Assembly: GCA_040220235.1 (NCBI GenBank)
Contig: JAVJTO010000080.1
DNA: 57,968 bases
From: Coleofasciculus sp. B1-GNL1-01
GTDB taxonomy: Bacteria; Cyanobacteriota; Cyanobacteriia; Cyanobacteriales; Coleofasciculaceae
Strand: one strand, 5' to 3'
Positions 10,201 through 18,639 of this stretch are shown piece after piece. The notes under the pieces were generated by a model. That model saw only the letters and a list, made by a program, of their open reading frames with translations. It searched no databases and had not been told where the DNA came from. The first letter of the stretch is position 1, and every line of letters begins with the position of its first letter. Made by a program: the position numbers and the translations under genes.

Positions 10201-10754
10201 AGTTAAATTTAGCTCACTGTCTCTATTTCTCTTGTCACGGACGTTTCAATCGCCAGTCTCCCTTAGATTCTTGTTTAGAGTTGGCAGATAGCACCCTGAC
10301 TTTGGCAGAAATATTAGAACACTTCAACCTCAACCAGTGCCGCCTCGTCACTCTTTCTGCTTGTGAAACTGGCATGGTTGATTTCAGGCGCAGTGATGAG
10401 TATATTGGATTACCCAATGGTTTACTGGTGGCAGGGAGTCCTAGTGTTGTCAGTAGTTTGTGGTCTGTCAACCAATTTTCTACCGCCTTATTGATGATTA
10501 AATTCTATGAAGAACTGGCAAAACCAGGCAATACGATTACAATCGCCCTCAACGAAGCCCAACGCTGGCTCAGGGATACTACAGTATTCGGTTTTCTCGA
10601 TTGGGTGAAACAATCCCAACAACTAAGTCGGAAGTGGCGGGTAAGCCTGCGCGGGAAGTTGTCTAAAATAGAAACAGAACAAGGGGGAAATGCCACCCCC
10701 TATAAGTCTCCCGATCATTGGGCAGCCTTTTGTGCTATTGGACAAGGAGTTTAA
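7272..10754 (+). CDS. TPR-repeat + CHAT (caspase-like) protease
   Basis: Nine near-identical 46-aa TPR-like units, IERSKTRNL linker, catalytic-dyad motifs YFSCHG and VTLSACETG, VSSLWSV and HWAAF. Confidence 0.95.
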   Translation: MDEQRQHAYLTLITALLTCPNSEEGQILQDNAELVDAGLVETMAQVAEALAERGDENAAQFLIGMANQLGEFLGLSDSTATPEAQLRFLLEVLQATSDSRGNPQVVYPLLQQNLHLLDDNFARILYNWATAKLAEVKPAQARSIAVDIVGFSNLIQDFPLGSQATNLEIAITGCQVALTLFTRENHSKNWATLQNNLGNAYCDRIRGERAENMENAIASFQAALEVRTREAFPRDWATLQNNLGTAYFDRIRGERAENIESAIISYQAALEVRTRDAFPSHWAGTQYNLGNAYYQRIRGERAENIETAIASFQAALEVYTRDAFPSQWAMTQHNLGTAYYQRIRGGRAENIETAIISYQAALEVYTRDAFPSDWARTQHNLGNAYHQRIRGEKAENMESAIASYQAALQVRTRDAFPSQWAATQNSLGNAYYQRIRGERAENIETAITSLQAALDVYTRDAFPSDWAMTQNSLGNAYYQRIRGERAENIETAIASYQAALDVYTRDAFPSDWAMTQNNLGIAYSGRIRGERVENIETAIASFQAALDVYTRQAFPNNWAMTQNNLGTAYRNRIRGGGAKNIETAIASFQAALEVYTREALPQNHVTTQFNLGRAYRDAQQWDNAYHAFAAAIDTVESQRVEISLGTANDADKQKLAEEWNTLYRNMIEVCLELANNTQAWEYIERSKTRNLLERLATRNLYPKGKIPKAERHQLQQLRQEIEVEQRRLAADTTPNYTHLNQLRQQYNQLFPFEPIRFNQIQTLLDNQTAIIQWYIFEDCFRAFIITRHNPQPIIWKSSADDLKKLIKWTNAYLRLYYRKNSSWWQHQLESRLEKLADILHIDHILSHIPEPCNQLILVPHLYLHLLPIHALPVSPKTPLIQSRTNPYLLDCFPKGVRYAPSCQLLQQTSHRRQFQHFFGIQNPRRDDPERNLVCADMEVEAIRKHFSSYQILAGSDAKKSALLIEDENTQDIKVWDKLNLAHCLYFSCHGRFNRQSPLDSCLELADSTLTLAEILEHFNLNQCRLVTLSACETGMVDFRRSDEYIGLPNGLLVAGSPSVVSSLWSVNQFSTALLMIKFYEELAKPGNTITIALNEAQRWLRDTTVFGFLDWVKQSQQLSRKWRVSLRGKLSKIETEQGGNATPYKSPDHWAAFCAIGQGV
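7839..9080 (+). repeat. Intragenic 138-bp tandem repeat x9 (TPR array)
   Basis: Trp codons recur at 7839, 7977, ... 8943 with high nucleotide identity. Confidence 0.93.
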
Positions 10755-10757
10755 CCA

Positions 10758-11147
10758 ATGTCTAATTATCCCGAAAATGTTCAACCTTTTTTTGATTGGA
10801 TCAAGGAAGAAGCTGGATTATTTTCAGCCTATAAAGATGAACTGGAAGTCCTCGCTGAGGAACTCAAAAATAGTAATAATAAAGATGCCGCTGAGGAACG
10901 GTTAGATGAGTGGTTAGAAATACCCTCTCATTCGGAAATTTCCCAAGCTTATGATGCTCGATTGGCACAAGAGAATCCATTTGCTGAATCTAATGTAGAC
11001 GGCAAAAAAGGGTTTGCTGGCAGCGAATCTCCAACTAAACCAGGTGAACCTAGCGAATCTTCCAAAATACTACAGGACAATCTTATGATTAAGAATACTC
11101 CCTTGTCTCAACCTCCACCGCCCCCACCGCAACCGCCGCAACCGTGA
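10758..11147 (+). CDS. Small acidic protein with Pro-rich tail, CHAT-associated
   Basis: Starts 3 bp after the CHAT stop. Its stop overlaps the next start (GTGA). Confidence 0.8.
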   Translation: MSNYPENVQPFFDWIKEEAGLFSAYKDELEVLAEELKNSNNKDAAEERLDEWLEIPSHSEISQAYDARLAQENPFAESNVDGKKGFAGSESPTKPGEPSESSKILQDNLMIKNTPLSQPPPPPPQPPQP

Positions 11148-12565
11148 AGAATTTTTACCTCAGCCTCTATGCCTTTCATCTGCGCCATACCTTAACTGAC
11201 GCACCGAATAAGGTTGACCCAGATGCTGACTGTTTATGGGACAATCTAACCAACCTGGGACATTTTCCTGGACTGAATACCCTCAAGTCTCAACTGATCT
11301 GCTATACCAAAAACACCTACATCCCCGAAAACGAACCCGAACAAACCTCTTGGTTACAGCTAACCAACCCCCCCAAAATCAACTTAGGGAGTATCCCCAC
11401 CGCCGATGGCTTCAAAATTAACGCCAACCTGCAATCCGTTCGCATCAATGGCACCTACGCCATTGATCTCACCCTCTTCCCCGATTCTCCCCAACTCGAC
11501 ATCACCATCCCCCAACTCCAACACTTCCGCCCCGAATCTCTCCTCCCCGCTACTATCCAAGCCTCCCTCGGACAAACCCTGTGGGTATACGCCGAAGTAG
11601 ACGCCCAAACCGACTGCGCCAGCCTCGCCGAACAATGCGCCACCGCCCTCCTCGCCAACACTTCCCTCAATCCCAGCCTCCAGCATCAAGACACCCTCTT
11701 CAGAAGTCACCTGTTCGAGTACCTGGCTAAAGAACCCAGCGAACCCGATAACCCCGCTAAAGAATACCACATCCTTATTTCCCTAAATAACACCCAATCT
11801 CCCACACCAAAACTCGCTGCAGACGCCTACGACTGGCTGCTGCAACTCCTCTGTTGCCATCACAAACTCCGCTACATCAATCACCAATCCCGCCAACGCT
11901 ACCCCGACGCCCGACACCTCTACAGCCAGTTAGAACAACAAATCCAAACCTTACCCAACCTTACCACCAACCCCCAAACCCGCCTTGACGCCCTGAAAAA
12001 TCTACTCAACCAAATCCCCCCAACCTCCCTCGACTACGCCCGATGCTTGCGTGACTTACGCGCCCACCAGACGGCGATGGAAACCAACATCACAAATCTT
12101 GAAGAATGTCAAACTCAAATCAAAGCTATCGGCAATATCCCCCAATTCTGGGACGAATTCCTCAAAGCAAGCCACATCTGGAAACAGCAAATCCAAACCG
12201 ATATCAATTATCTGTCACCGGGACAAGACTTATTCGGACAAATGCTGGAAACCGTGCGAGGTATCGTAGACTTAGATCAAGCAGAACGCGATCGCACTTT
12301 AGACCAGAAGCTGCAAAACCTAGAACTGTGGATAGCCGTAGTCGGAACCGGATTAGCCGTGAGTGGGATATCCTCCCAAGTCGATTCCCAACCCATCCAA
12401 ACCTTGATCCAGAATCAAACCAACTCTGATACACCTGTATGTCCCAGTGCAGGTGTGGTGAAATGTACCACCTACAATGGTTTCAACGTCCTGATTCATA
12501 TTATCATTGCCGTTGCGATCGCACTTCCCATCGGTTTAATCATTCGATCTATTCGACATCGATAA
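11144..12565 (+). CDS. Uncharacterised protein: soluble N-domain, long helical/coiled region, two C-terminal hydrophobic helices (CATRA/CorA-like architecture)
   Basis: 473-aa ORF. Hydrophobic segments LWIAVVGTGLAVSGISS and VLIHIIIAVAIALPIGLII followed by basic RSIRHR. Confidence 0.8.
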   Translation: MKNFYLSLYAFHLRHTLTDAPNKVDPDADCLWDNLTNLGHFPGLNTLKSQLICYTKNTYIPENEPEQTSWLQLTNPPKINLGSIPTADGFKINANLQSVRINGTYAIDLTLFPDSPQLDITIPQLQHFRPESLLPATIQASLGQTLWVYAEVDAQTDCASLAEQCATALLANTSLNPSLQHQDTLFRSHLFEYLAKEPSEPDNPAKEYHILISLNNTQSPTPKLAADAYDWLLQLLCCHHKLRYINHQSRQRYPDARHLYSQLEQQIQTLPNLTTNPQTRLDALKNLLNQIPPTSLDYARCLRDLRAHQTAMETNITNLEECQTQIKAIGNIPQFWDEFLKASHIWKQQIQTDINYLSPGQDLFGQMLETVRGIVDLDQAERDRTLDQKLQNLELWIAVVGTGLAVSGISSQVDSQPIQTLIQNQTNSDTPVCPSAGVVKCTTYNGFNVLIHIIIAVAIALPIGLIIRSIRHR

Positions 12566-12636
12566 GTTCCCCGAAAATGTAGGGGCACCATCCTTGCGCC
12601 CTTAATCCAATATTGCCTCAGACTCGTTATCTTAAA

Positions 12637-13761
12637 TTAATACAATTCATACTTTAAAAACGTACAAGGAATCGATCCGTTATACACTGGAATTCGGCGC
12701 GATGCTTTCAATCCGACTCGCTTTGCCAACTGCTTATTCCCGGTTAAAATAAATGCCGTCCAGCCTTTAAACCGTTGTTTAAAAATATCACCGAGTAACT
12801 TATATAACTCTCCCAATTCCTGAACATTGCCTAACCGTTCTCCGTAAGGAGGATTGCAGATAATTATCCCGCGATCGGCTGGCGGTTCTAGTTGAGCAAG
12901 GTCTTGTTGAACAAAAGTAATCGGGTCAAAAATGCCACAATCCTGGGCATTACTCCGGGCTTGGTTGAGGATATCCGCCGCGCGATCGCATCCGATAATG
13001 GGTGCAGCTAATTCCTTGTGCTGACAGGCTTTTGCCTCGTTGAGCAGGTGTTGCCAAAGGATGGGATTAAAGTCTAACCACCGCTCAAATCCAAACTGTT
13101 CTCGAAACAATCCTGGCGCAATATTTAAACTGATTAAACTAGCTTCTAAAGGTATCGTTCCGGAACCACACATAGGGTCTAATAATGGTAAATTCGGACG
13201 CCATTCTGCTAATTCTAACAATGCAGCCGCTAAGGTTTCTTTCAGGGGAGCAAGCCCCATTGCAGATCGATAGCCGCGTCGATGTAGACTGGTTCCTGAA
13301 CTATCTAAACTGAGAATACATCGATTTTGATGAATGTGAACATTGACTAACAAGTCAGGCTTTTCTATATTAACACTCGACCGCTTACCAAACTGACTGC
13401 GTTGTTGATCAACGATCGCATTCTTGACTTGCAGGGCGGTAAAGTGGCTATGATTAAGCTGTTTCGTCTTTCCAGTTGCATTCACAGCCAGGGTTTGCTG
13501 GGGTTTCAGGTATTGCGCCCAGGGGATAGTTTGGATTCCCTGATACAGTTGTTTCGCATTCGCACAAGGAAATTCAGCTAAAACAACCAGTACCCGAAAA
13601 ATCGTTCTCGCCCAGAGATTCACCCGATACATTAACGCCGTATCCCCCTGAAAATGCACCCCCGTAAAATCCGGACGCACCTCCTGCGCCCCTAGGCATT
13701 CAAGTTCTTGCGCCGCAATGGGTTCTAATCCACGGGCGACTGTGGCAAAGTAGTGGTTCAC
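12637..13761 (-). CDS. THUMP-domain SAM-dependent RNA methyltransferase (RlmL N-half-like)
   Basis: SLHRRGYR, APLKETLAA, DPMCGSGT, NPPYG. Confidence 0.92.
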   Translation of the reverse strand: MNHYFATVARGLEPIAAQELECLGAQEVRPDFTGVHFQGDTALMYRVNLWARTIFRVLVVLAEFPCANAKQLYQGIQTIPWAQYLKPQQTLAVNATGKTKQLNHSHFTALQVKNAIVDQQRSQFGKRSSVNIEKPDLLVNVHIHQNRCILSLDSSGTSLHRRGYRSAMGLAPLKETLAAALLELAEWRPNLPLLDPMCGSGTIPLEASLISLNIAPGLFREQFGFERWLDFNPILWQHLLNEAKACQHKELAAPIIGCDRAADILNQARSNAQDCGIFDPITFVQQDLAQLEPPADRGIIICNPPYGERLGNVQELGELYKLLGDIFKQRFKGWTAFILTGNKQLAKRVGLKASRRIPVYNGSIPCTFLKYELY

Positions 13762-13781
13762 GTTTTATGCAGGTGGGGATT

Positions 13782-13900
13782 GTCATTGGTCATTGGTCAT
13801 TGGTCATTGGTCATTGGTCATTGGTCATTGGTCATTGGTCATTGGTCATTGGTCATTGGTCATTGGTCATTGGTCATTGGTCATTGGTCATTGGTCATTG
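13782..13900 (+). repeat. Perfect (GTCATTG)x17 heptamer repeat, STRR2-type
   Basis: 119 bp = 17 units, about 20 bp upstream of the methyltransferase start. Confidence 0.95.
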
Positions 13901-13978
13901 TAGGTACGAAGCGTGTCAGAAGCGCTAAAGCGCTTACTACAAACTTTCAATTCAGTGTCATTCTACTTAAAATAGGCT

Positions 13979-14749
13979 TTATAAAAGCTCTTTTAACAAG
14001 GTTTCAGTTAACAACGAGTCAGTGAATGAACCTGATTCATCAGAATCATCAAATAACTGGGTCATGTAGTCAAAGTTTCCTTCACCGACATTTTTTCGCA
14101 AGATGTTGATAATCGTTTCTGGGTTATCGTAAGGACCACTAATATAAAAGGGTTTACCATTGCGACCCATTTGAATTTTGGGTTGACCACTCCACTTGCC
14201 TAAATGAAATCGCGATTGCTGAAAATCTTGATGGGGTTTAAATCCTAATTGGTCGGCATAGTCTACGGCACTATACACTAGGGCTTGGGCTTGTTCAAGG
14301 GTAATTTTTTGAGGACCTTCGGGAAAACCTTGATAGGCATAGTCTAGCATCTGTTTATATTCAACTGAATTCAGTTGACGCGGACCCATGGTATCTTTGA
14401 CGCCGAGACACCATACATCGAGTAGGTAAGTACAAACGGTGAATCGGTCATACTTGGCTTTGCGGGTAATACAGACTAAGGCTAACCCTCGGTCAATATT
14501 TGCCTCGGTTTCTTCGATTGGATCAGGGTTTTCGTGGAGATAATAGTCCGCACAGTTGGCGTTGACAAAGCATTCGACAACGGGATCTAGTTCTCCCGAT
14601 GCGGCACGGGCAAGTGTTTTTTCTTCCGCCTGTTCTTTGATATAGGCGGTGACTTCAGCCGCCCGTAATCCTAATTTGCGAGCAATTTGTTTCGGTGTTA
14701 AGTTGCGATCGCGTAGTTCGGTGATTTCTTGTTTTTGTTCGGGTGTCAT
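13979..14749 (-). CDS. Conserved hypothetical protein with N-terminal helix-turn-helix
   Basis: TPKQIARKLGL HTH. ATG at 14749 preferred because 14767 lies within an STRR tract. Confidence 0.8.
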   Translation of the reverse strand: MTPEQKQEITELRDRNLTPKQIARKLGLRAAEVTAYIKEQAEEKTLARAASGELDPVVECFVNANCADYYLHENPDPIEETEANIDRGLALVCITRKAKYDRFTVCTYLLDVWCLGVKDTMGPRQLNSVEYKQMLDYAYQGFPEGPQKITLEQAQALVYSAVDYADQLGFKPHQDFQQSRFHLGKWSGQPKIQMGRNGKPFYISGPYDNPETIINILRKNVGEGNFDYMTQLFDDSDESGSFTDSLLTETLLKELL

Positions 14750-14754
14750 TTTTT

Positions 14755-14822
14755 TGTCCTTCGTCATTCGTCATTCGTCATACTCGCTTCGCGAGAAGCA
14801 AGCTACGTCATTCGTCATTCGT
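14755..14822 (+). repeat. STRR (TTCGTCA) tract with nested ACTCGCTTCGCGAGAAGCAAGCTA element
   Basis: The same element appears twice at 46857-46930. Confidence 0.8.
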
Positions 14823-14841
14823 TACACTATCGATAGTTTAA

Positions 14842-15432
14842 CTACACTGTGGCTGATTCAAACTCAACTTTGTCATAAATTTCTTCTAGAGTTATTTGGA
14901 ATGAAAACGAGTTTAGATTAACGATTTCATTAGCATCATCATATTCATAGAATGTCCAGCGTTTTCGCTCGGTTTTGAAATAGTGTTCAATGTGCATCGT
15001 GTATTGGTCAATTAAGAGATATTCCTGAAAACTGGGAATCGTGCGATAGGCGTCAAATTTAGCAGCTTTGTCATGACTTCGGGTAGATTTTGACAACACT
15101 TCAGCAATGATTAAAGGATTTGTGATCGTGTCTTGTCGCCCTTCTTGTAGGTGCAATTCACCCTGAACGACCATAACATCAGGATAGGTGTAGATATGTT
15201 TTCGAGGAATCCAGAGCCGTTGATCGGTGACAAACACTCGATACGGTTGACGCTTCAGGGCGAAATTTAGCGCACCACTCAGATTTAGAGCAATTTGATT
15301 ATGATTTGGGGTTCCGCCAGTCATCAATACAATTTCGCCATTAATGAATTCATGTCGTTCTTCTGAGTTAATTTCAAACTCCAGGTACTCTTTAGGGGTA
15401 TAAATTTTTTGTTCTTCTGCTTGGATTATCAT
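14842..15432 (-). CDS. Uma2 family (PD-(D/E)XK) endonuclease-like protein
   Basis: RHEFINGEIVLMTGGT, YPDVMVV, AEVLSKST, EYLLIDQ. Confidence 0.92.
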   Translation of the reverse strand: MIIQAEEQKIYTPKEYLEFEINSEERHEFINGEIVLMTGGTPNHNQIALNLSGALNFALKRQPYRVFVTDQRLWIPRKHIYTYPDVMVVQGELHLQEGRQDTITNPLIIAEVLSKSTRSHDKAAKFDAYRTIPSFQEYLLIDQYTMHIEHYFKTERKRWTFYEYDDANEIVNLNSFSFQITLEEIYDKVEFESATV

Positions 15433-15453
15433 TTGATTTAATGTCTCAATCGT

Positions 15454-18108
15454 TTATTGTTCAATCAATCTCCAGAAGCGATCATCCTCTGCGATCGCGT
15501 CAAAGTCCAAATCCGTTCTGGCTTCCTGACGATACGCCGGATTTAGGGCGATCGCTTTCTCTAAGTTGTCGATACTGAAGTGAGCCTGACGTTGGTGAGC
15601 ATAGCCGATGGCTTTCTGATAAAAAGCTGGAGCATAATCGGGTTGAATGGCTAATGCCTGATCATAGCTCTCTAAGGCTTCCTGCTCTCGTTTCAACTTG
15701 AGTAACATATTACCTTTATACGTCCACGCTTTATGAGACTCTGGTTTGAGTTCGATCGCCTTCTCAAACGAGGTTACCGCCTCCTCATACCGTTCCAATA
15801 CCGCCAAGGCTAAGCCGCGATTAAACCAGGCTACCCCATCATCGGGTTGCACTTGCACGGCTTTGTCAAAGGAATTATACGCCTCTTCGTGTTGTTGGAG
15901 TGCGCCGAGTACCACACCGCGATTCACCCAGGCTTCATGGTAATCGGGTTTGATTTCCAACGCCTGCTCAAAGGATGCGATCGCATCTTCCCGGCGTTTC
16001 AATCTCCCTAGCATCATTCCCCGATTCAACCAGGCTTTATAATCCTCTGGCTGGATTTGAATCACTTTATTAAACGCGACTAACGCCCCTTCATAGCGCT
16101 GTAATTCCCGCAAGGCTAATCCGCGATAATACCAGGTATCCGGGGCTTCTGGGGCGAATTCTAGCCCCCGATCCAAGGATGCGATCGCGTCTTGGTAGCG
16201 TTGTAATTCCCACAAGGCGACACCGCGCTGATGCCATAGATTCGAGTTATCGGGTTGTAGTTCTAAGGCTTGATCATACCGTGCGATCGCCTCTTCATAG
16301 TCACCTTGGGCAAATAAATTATCTCCCTGATTAATATAATCCTTAATATTCAAGAAAAACTCTGGATGATTCTCATTCAATCGTTCCAGTTGTTCCGTCA
16401 GGGGTTGGATTTGTTGCAGGACATCAGATAAGGCAGATTCGGCAATTTCTGTGGGCGTAATCTCTGCCAACTTTTGCAGGATTTCCTCTTTTTGTCGCTT
16501 AGCATCAGATTGGATATCTGTCAACTCATCGGTTAACATAGACTCCAGTTTTTCCAGGCTTTGGAATGCCTGATCTTTTCGCTCTTGAATCGCCGACTGG
16601 AATTGGGAAAATTGGCTGGTAAACTCGCTTTGGATTTGACTCAAACGTTGCCGGGTTTGGTCGCGGTTTTCTTGTACCCCCGATTGCGTGGTTGAAAGCT
16701 GACTGGTTACCTCCTGTTCTAATTTTTTCAAATTGCCCAAGGTTTGATCAATCTCTCCTTGAATTTGCGCTTGAGATTGTTCCAGTTGGCGCGTCACCTC
16801 TTGGCGTAACCGTTCCACATCTTCAAAGGCTGTCGCTTGCTGCTGTTGCGCCTGTTGTTCGGCTTCGGTTTTGATCTGTGTCAATTGCGGTGAGAACTCT
16901 GAGGCGAGGCGTTGCAGATTCTCTAGAATGTTCTCCCGTTCTTGTTTCGTGGTGGTTTGCAGTTGGGTTAATTGCTGTTTAAATTCCGTTTCCGCCTGTT
17001 GCAAATTCCGTAAAATCGCCGCTTTTTGGTCGTTCAGTGACCCTTTCACTTGGTCAAGCTGGGGGGTAAACTCCGTCTGAAGTTTTTCTAAGTTCTGGAG
17101 AATCCTATCCCGTTGTTTTTGTGCCTCATTTTGCAGTTGGGTTAATTGCTTGCCAAACTGGGTTTCTGTTTTTTGCAAGCGCTGGATAATTGCTGCTTTT
17201 TCCGTTTCAGCCGCCTGTTTCAGTTTGGCGAGTTCTGGAGCAAATTCGCTACTCAGTTGTTCTAAACTCTGGAGAATTGCATCCCGTTGGCTTTGGGCTT
17301 GGTTAAACAGTTCCGCCAGTTGATTACTAAACGCGGTTTCTGAGTTTTTCAGGTTTTCCACCACCCGATCTTTTTCGGCGTGGGTATCCTGTTGCAATTT
17401 CGCCAGTTCCGGGGGAAATTGGGCGCTTAATTGTTTCAGGTTCTCCAGGGTATCCGTTTGTTCCGATTCAACCTGAGAACGCAGTTGGGATAAATGATCA
17501 GAAAACTCGTTATCGGTTTGAGCCAGGGCTTTTTGGGCGTCTTTAATATGGGTATTTAAATCCCGCAGTGCTTGTTGTTGAGAGTCCGAGAGTTCACTCA
17601 GAAGCTGGGATGACTCCTTCTGCTTCATGCCAATATCTTCATAGAAGTCATCAGCTTCTCGATTCAAATCATTAGCTAAATCTTCGGTACGTTCCAGAAT
17701 CGCTTGTACCTGTTGATTCGCCTGATTAATCTTCCCTTCCAAGTCAGTTAATTCATTCAGATGCGCCCGCACCAAATCCGCCACCTCACGAATTACCGCC
17801 CGTCGCAACAGGAATAAGCCAACAATCGCCGCAATTAACAGCAGCGCCAAAACCGCCAAGAGGACATTAAACAGGGTGGTGGTGCGACTAAAGGCGCGAT
17901 TAGCTTCCGCCTGCACCTGTTCTTGGATACGCTGTTCCTCCCGCAACTGTTCCAACTCTTCTTCCTCAGCATCAGAAAGCGCTTGAGATACTAGCGCATC
18001 TTGGGCGATAGATTGAGGCTGGATAACGCCAACAGACAATAGGATAGTCGAAAAGACGACCGTACTTAACGATAGGAATGCCAAAGTCACCGAATTTATG
18101 CGCTTCAT
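15454..18108 (-). CDS. Membrane-anchored long coiled-coil protein with C-terminal TPRs
   Basis: Two N-terminal hydrophobic segments, about 450 aa of Q/E/L-rich helix with 29-aa periodicity, and about 8 canonical 34-aa TPRs. Confidence 0.9.
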   Translation of the reverse strand: MKRINSVTLAFLSLSTVVFSTILLSVGVIQPQSIAQDALVSQALSDAEEEELEQLREEQRIQEQVQAEANRAFSRTTTLFNVLLAVLALLLIAAIVGLFLLRRAVIREVADLVRAHLNELTDLEGKINQANQQVQAILERTEDLANDLNREADDFYEDIGMKQKESSQLLSELSDSQQQALRDLNTHIKDAQKALAQTDNEFSDHLSQLRSQVESEQTDTLENLKQLSAQFPPELAKLQQDTHAEKDRVVENLKNSETAFSNQLAELFNQAQSQRDAILQSLEQLSSEFAPELAKLKQAAETEKAAIIQRLQKTETQFGKQLTQLQNEAQKQRDRILQNLEKLQTEFTPQLDQVKGSLNDQKAAILRNLQQAETEFKQQLTQLQTTTKQERENILENLQRLASEFSPQLTQIKTEAEQQAQQQQATAFEDVERLRQEVTRQLEQSQAQIQGEIDQTLGNLKKLEQEVTSQLSTTQSGVQENRDQTRQRLSQIQSEFTSQFSQFQSAIQERKDQAFQSLEKLESMLTDELTDIQSDAKRQKEEILQKLAEITPTEIAESALSDVLQQIQPLTEQLERLNENHPEFFLNIKDYINQGDNLFAQGDYEEAIARYDQALELQPDNSNLWHQRGVALWELQRYQDAIASLDRGLEFAPEAPDTWYYRGLALRELQRYEGALVAFNKVIQIQPEDYKAWLNRGMMLGRLKRREDAIASFEQALEIKPDYHEAWVNRGVVLGALQQHEEAYNSFDKAVQVQPDDGVAWFNRGLALAVLERYEEAVTSFEKAIELKPESHKAWTYKGNMLLKLKREQEALESYDQALAIQPDYAPAFYQKAIGYAHQRQAHFSIDNLEKAIALNPAYRQEARTDLDFDAIAEDDRFWRLIEQ

Positions 18109-18347
18109 CAGAACGTCCTTTGCCTATTGCTCTCCCGTTGCCATCTGATTTCTAACCTTACCTCAAAATCACTATTACTGACTCAAGCAAGGTTCGTCGT
18201 TGTTCGTAGTGAGCGCTTTAGCGCTAATTCACCGTTGCGCTGTTCACCACAATGTAGAGACGTACCCTAGCACATCGGGGTGTAGGAGCAGATTTGACCG
18301 AACGTTAACACAAGCGCAAGCCTGAGTCCCCTACCATTTGACGATGA

Positions 18348-18412
18348 AGGGCGGGTTTTGCCTTTGAAGTTATCGGTCAATCCTTCAATTAAACGGCTAA
18401 ACCCGCCCCTAC
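18348..18412 (-). repeat. ~64-bp REP-doublet-like element GTAGGGGCGGGTTTAG-N36/37-AAAACCCGCCCT
   Basis: Same arms at 32706, 32862, 32984, 37548 and 50057; degenerate at 29662 and 29801. Confidence 0.88.
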
Positions 18413-18639
18413 AATTGACATATTCCCTGAACTGTGATTCAAGAGTGATATCTCTAGCTAGAATCCTTTGAACCATATCCTAAGGAAAAAGATAATTCTT
18501 GCCAACTCCCGGTAGATCCCCGACTTCTAAATCCAGTGTAGATGTGTTCATAAGATATCATCATATCCGTTTCTATTTGCCAGACACATTATTCTTGTAG
18601 GGACACGATATCATCGTGCCCTTTTCAATCCAGGAGACG

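Noticed and set aside
11384..11770. 128-aa antisense ORF
   Set aside because: A by-product of the C-rich codon bias on the sense strand.
13753..14025. 90-aa ORF with (HWSLVIG)n
   Set aside because: Translation of the GTCATTG heptamer tract.
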